From contig NW_003314262.1 in the NCBI RefSeq assembly GCF_000143415.4, positions 947,644 through 1,011,643 of the forward strand: a stretch of DNA of 64,000 nt, written 5' to 3'. Below are positions 62,481 to 64,000 of the stretch, piece by piece. Position 1 is the stretch's first letter, and each line of letters starts with the position of its first letter. Position numbers and translations under genes: made by a program. This DNA is from Selaginella moellendorffii. Taxonomy: Eukaryota; Plantae; Lycopodiophyta. A model generated the notes under the pieces. That model saw only the letters and a list, made by a program, of their open reading frames with translations, did not search any database and was not told where the DNA came from.

Positions 62481-63915
62481 TGGCTGGGCGAGACCAAGAA
62501 CTATGCTCTGGTTATGGTGCAATTAAAAAATGTGTAATCCTGGTGGCCAAGGTAAACCCATCATGTAACTGTTTTCAAAGAAACAGATATGTACGGTTTA
62601 GTGTTTGTTTATTTTCGAAAAGTGTTTAGGTTAAACTGTATGATTATGTCTGCAAGTCATTCCAATTCACAAACCTAAGAAAACTAGAACATTCATTGTG
62701 GATTTTGCATAAGTTCAACAAATATTCAAACCCTACTCTACCCCAGTATAGAGTAAAACCTTACTATTCATATATCATTCTAAAATTTCAGCCTTCATAA
62801 CATTGTTATAAAGCTTTAAATATAAATATAAATACATGAATATAGAGAGATAATAATCATATTTCAGATTAGCATTAACATATACATAAATAATGTTTAT
62901 GATATATAATAGAATACTTCTTATTTTAAATATTACTCTTAAAAATCATGAATAAAATATTAGGCAAAAAGGGAATTTCTAAGATAAATATGTAAAATAT
63001 TAAAAGTTCTTTAAATAAAATATAACGCATAAAGGTAACATATTTCATTATTCTAAAACTTTCAGTCTTAAAATATGAAAAACTGAACTCCATAACAATG
63101 TTCATATTTTTTAAATTTACAAGATGTATGTAGTTTAAGTGAGTTTTAAATATATCTTTTTTAACAATATTATATTTTAGTGTACTAAGTAATACTTACG
63201 TTATTAAGGGTAAAAATTGTAGAGTTGAATGAATAATCAAGTAATAATATTTTTTTATCAATTATATAGAGATTTCAAATTAAAAAAATACCAAACCTCA
63301 ATCTCTAAATGACTCATCTGGCCATGGGATCCCACAATGAGCAATTCCATTTATAGAAAATCCAAAACTTCACTCAAGAATCAGAGTTTTAAATGTGATA
63401 TAATGTTATAAGTTATATTTTATGTTTTACTATGTATGTTATTTTATGATTATGTTAAAAATTACAATTACAATTACAACTCTTTGAAATTACTAAAATA
63501 TCAGGAATAAACACAATACTCCCAGCATAGTTGGGACTTTTGCTAGTACTCCCTTATTTAAAAGTGCTATTGGCATATGGCATCTGGCATCTTTTATTCC
63601 AATTTTAGATTATTATTTATGGATATACTTAAAATCTGATGGTTGATAACTAAAGACTTTAAAACAACAGCTTAGATTAAAAGACATGGCATAAGGGTGA
63701 TAACAGAAGCTGAAAAAGTTAGAGGAGAATGGAAAGAGGCAATGCAAAGCTTGAGAGCCAAAGAAAATGAGTGCAATTGTCGTCATAACAAAGTGATATA
63801 TATAGGTAAATTGTCATTCTAGATTTAACATTCCACACCTATTCTCTTGCAAAAGGTTCTATCCCACAAATAAATAAGTAGGGTATTTGAATGTTTTAAG
63901 ATGTGCACCATGCAA

Positions 63916-63917
<2 letters not shown>

Positions 63918-63957
<40 letters not shown>
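63918..63957. repeat. (TA)n microsatellite
   Basis: About 20 TA units. Confidence 0.97.
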
Positions 63958-63963
<6 letters not shown>

Positions 63964-64000
63964 GCTCGTACGCGAAAAAAAACGGGGTTTTTTTTTCCTT

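Noticed and set aside
63960-64000. Transposon terminus after the (TA)n tract
   Set aside because: Too little sequence at the window edge and no partner terminus found.

Overview
Eukaryotic (plant) nuclear DNA. The ~50-nt introns, very compact gene spacing and a centriolar CCDC57-like gene point to a lycophyte such as Selaginella (inference). Layout: 1-4.6 kb retroelement debris, including a 5S-rRNA-derived LTR end. 5.4-11.4 kb has three tightly packed host genes (CCDC57-like, F-box, DUF4057). 13.2-50.8 kb is a single short-LTR Ty3/gypsy element (family C) inflated to 37.6 kb by at least eight nested insertions, most with readable TSDs. 52-59 kb has a GH17 glucanase and an unidentified minus-strand multi-exon locus. 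59-62.6 kb is a mosaic of gene fragments (RanGAP, DIT1/PvcA isocyanide synthase, O-fucosyltransferase, ERECTA-like kinase). Main result: a young chromovirus (family A, 38101-45643; TSD CTTTC, near-identical LTRs) carries short spliceosomal introns. Two interrupt the integrase and must be removed to restore the HPQTDGQTE and KLxxRFxGPY motifs. A candidate third at the gag/protease junction would give Gag-only protein when spliced. Its 3' UTR holds a multi-hairpin RNA with two tRNA T-loop motifs. A non-coding LARD-like partner (family B) preserves this RNA with compensatory base changes and also shares the PBS, PPT and LTR ends. Together these suggest a splicing-regulated retrotransposon with a structured cis signal and a non-autonomous parasite. 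All calls were made by eye; no searches were run.
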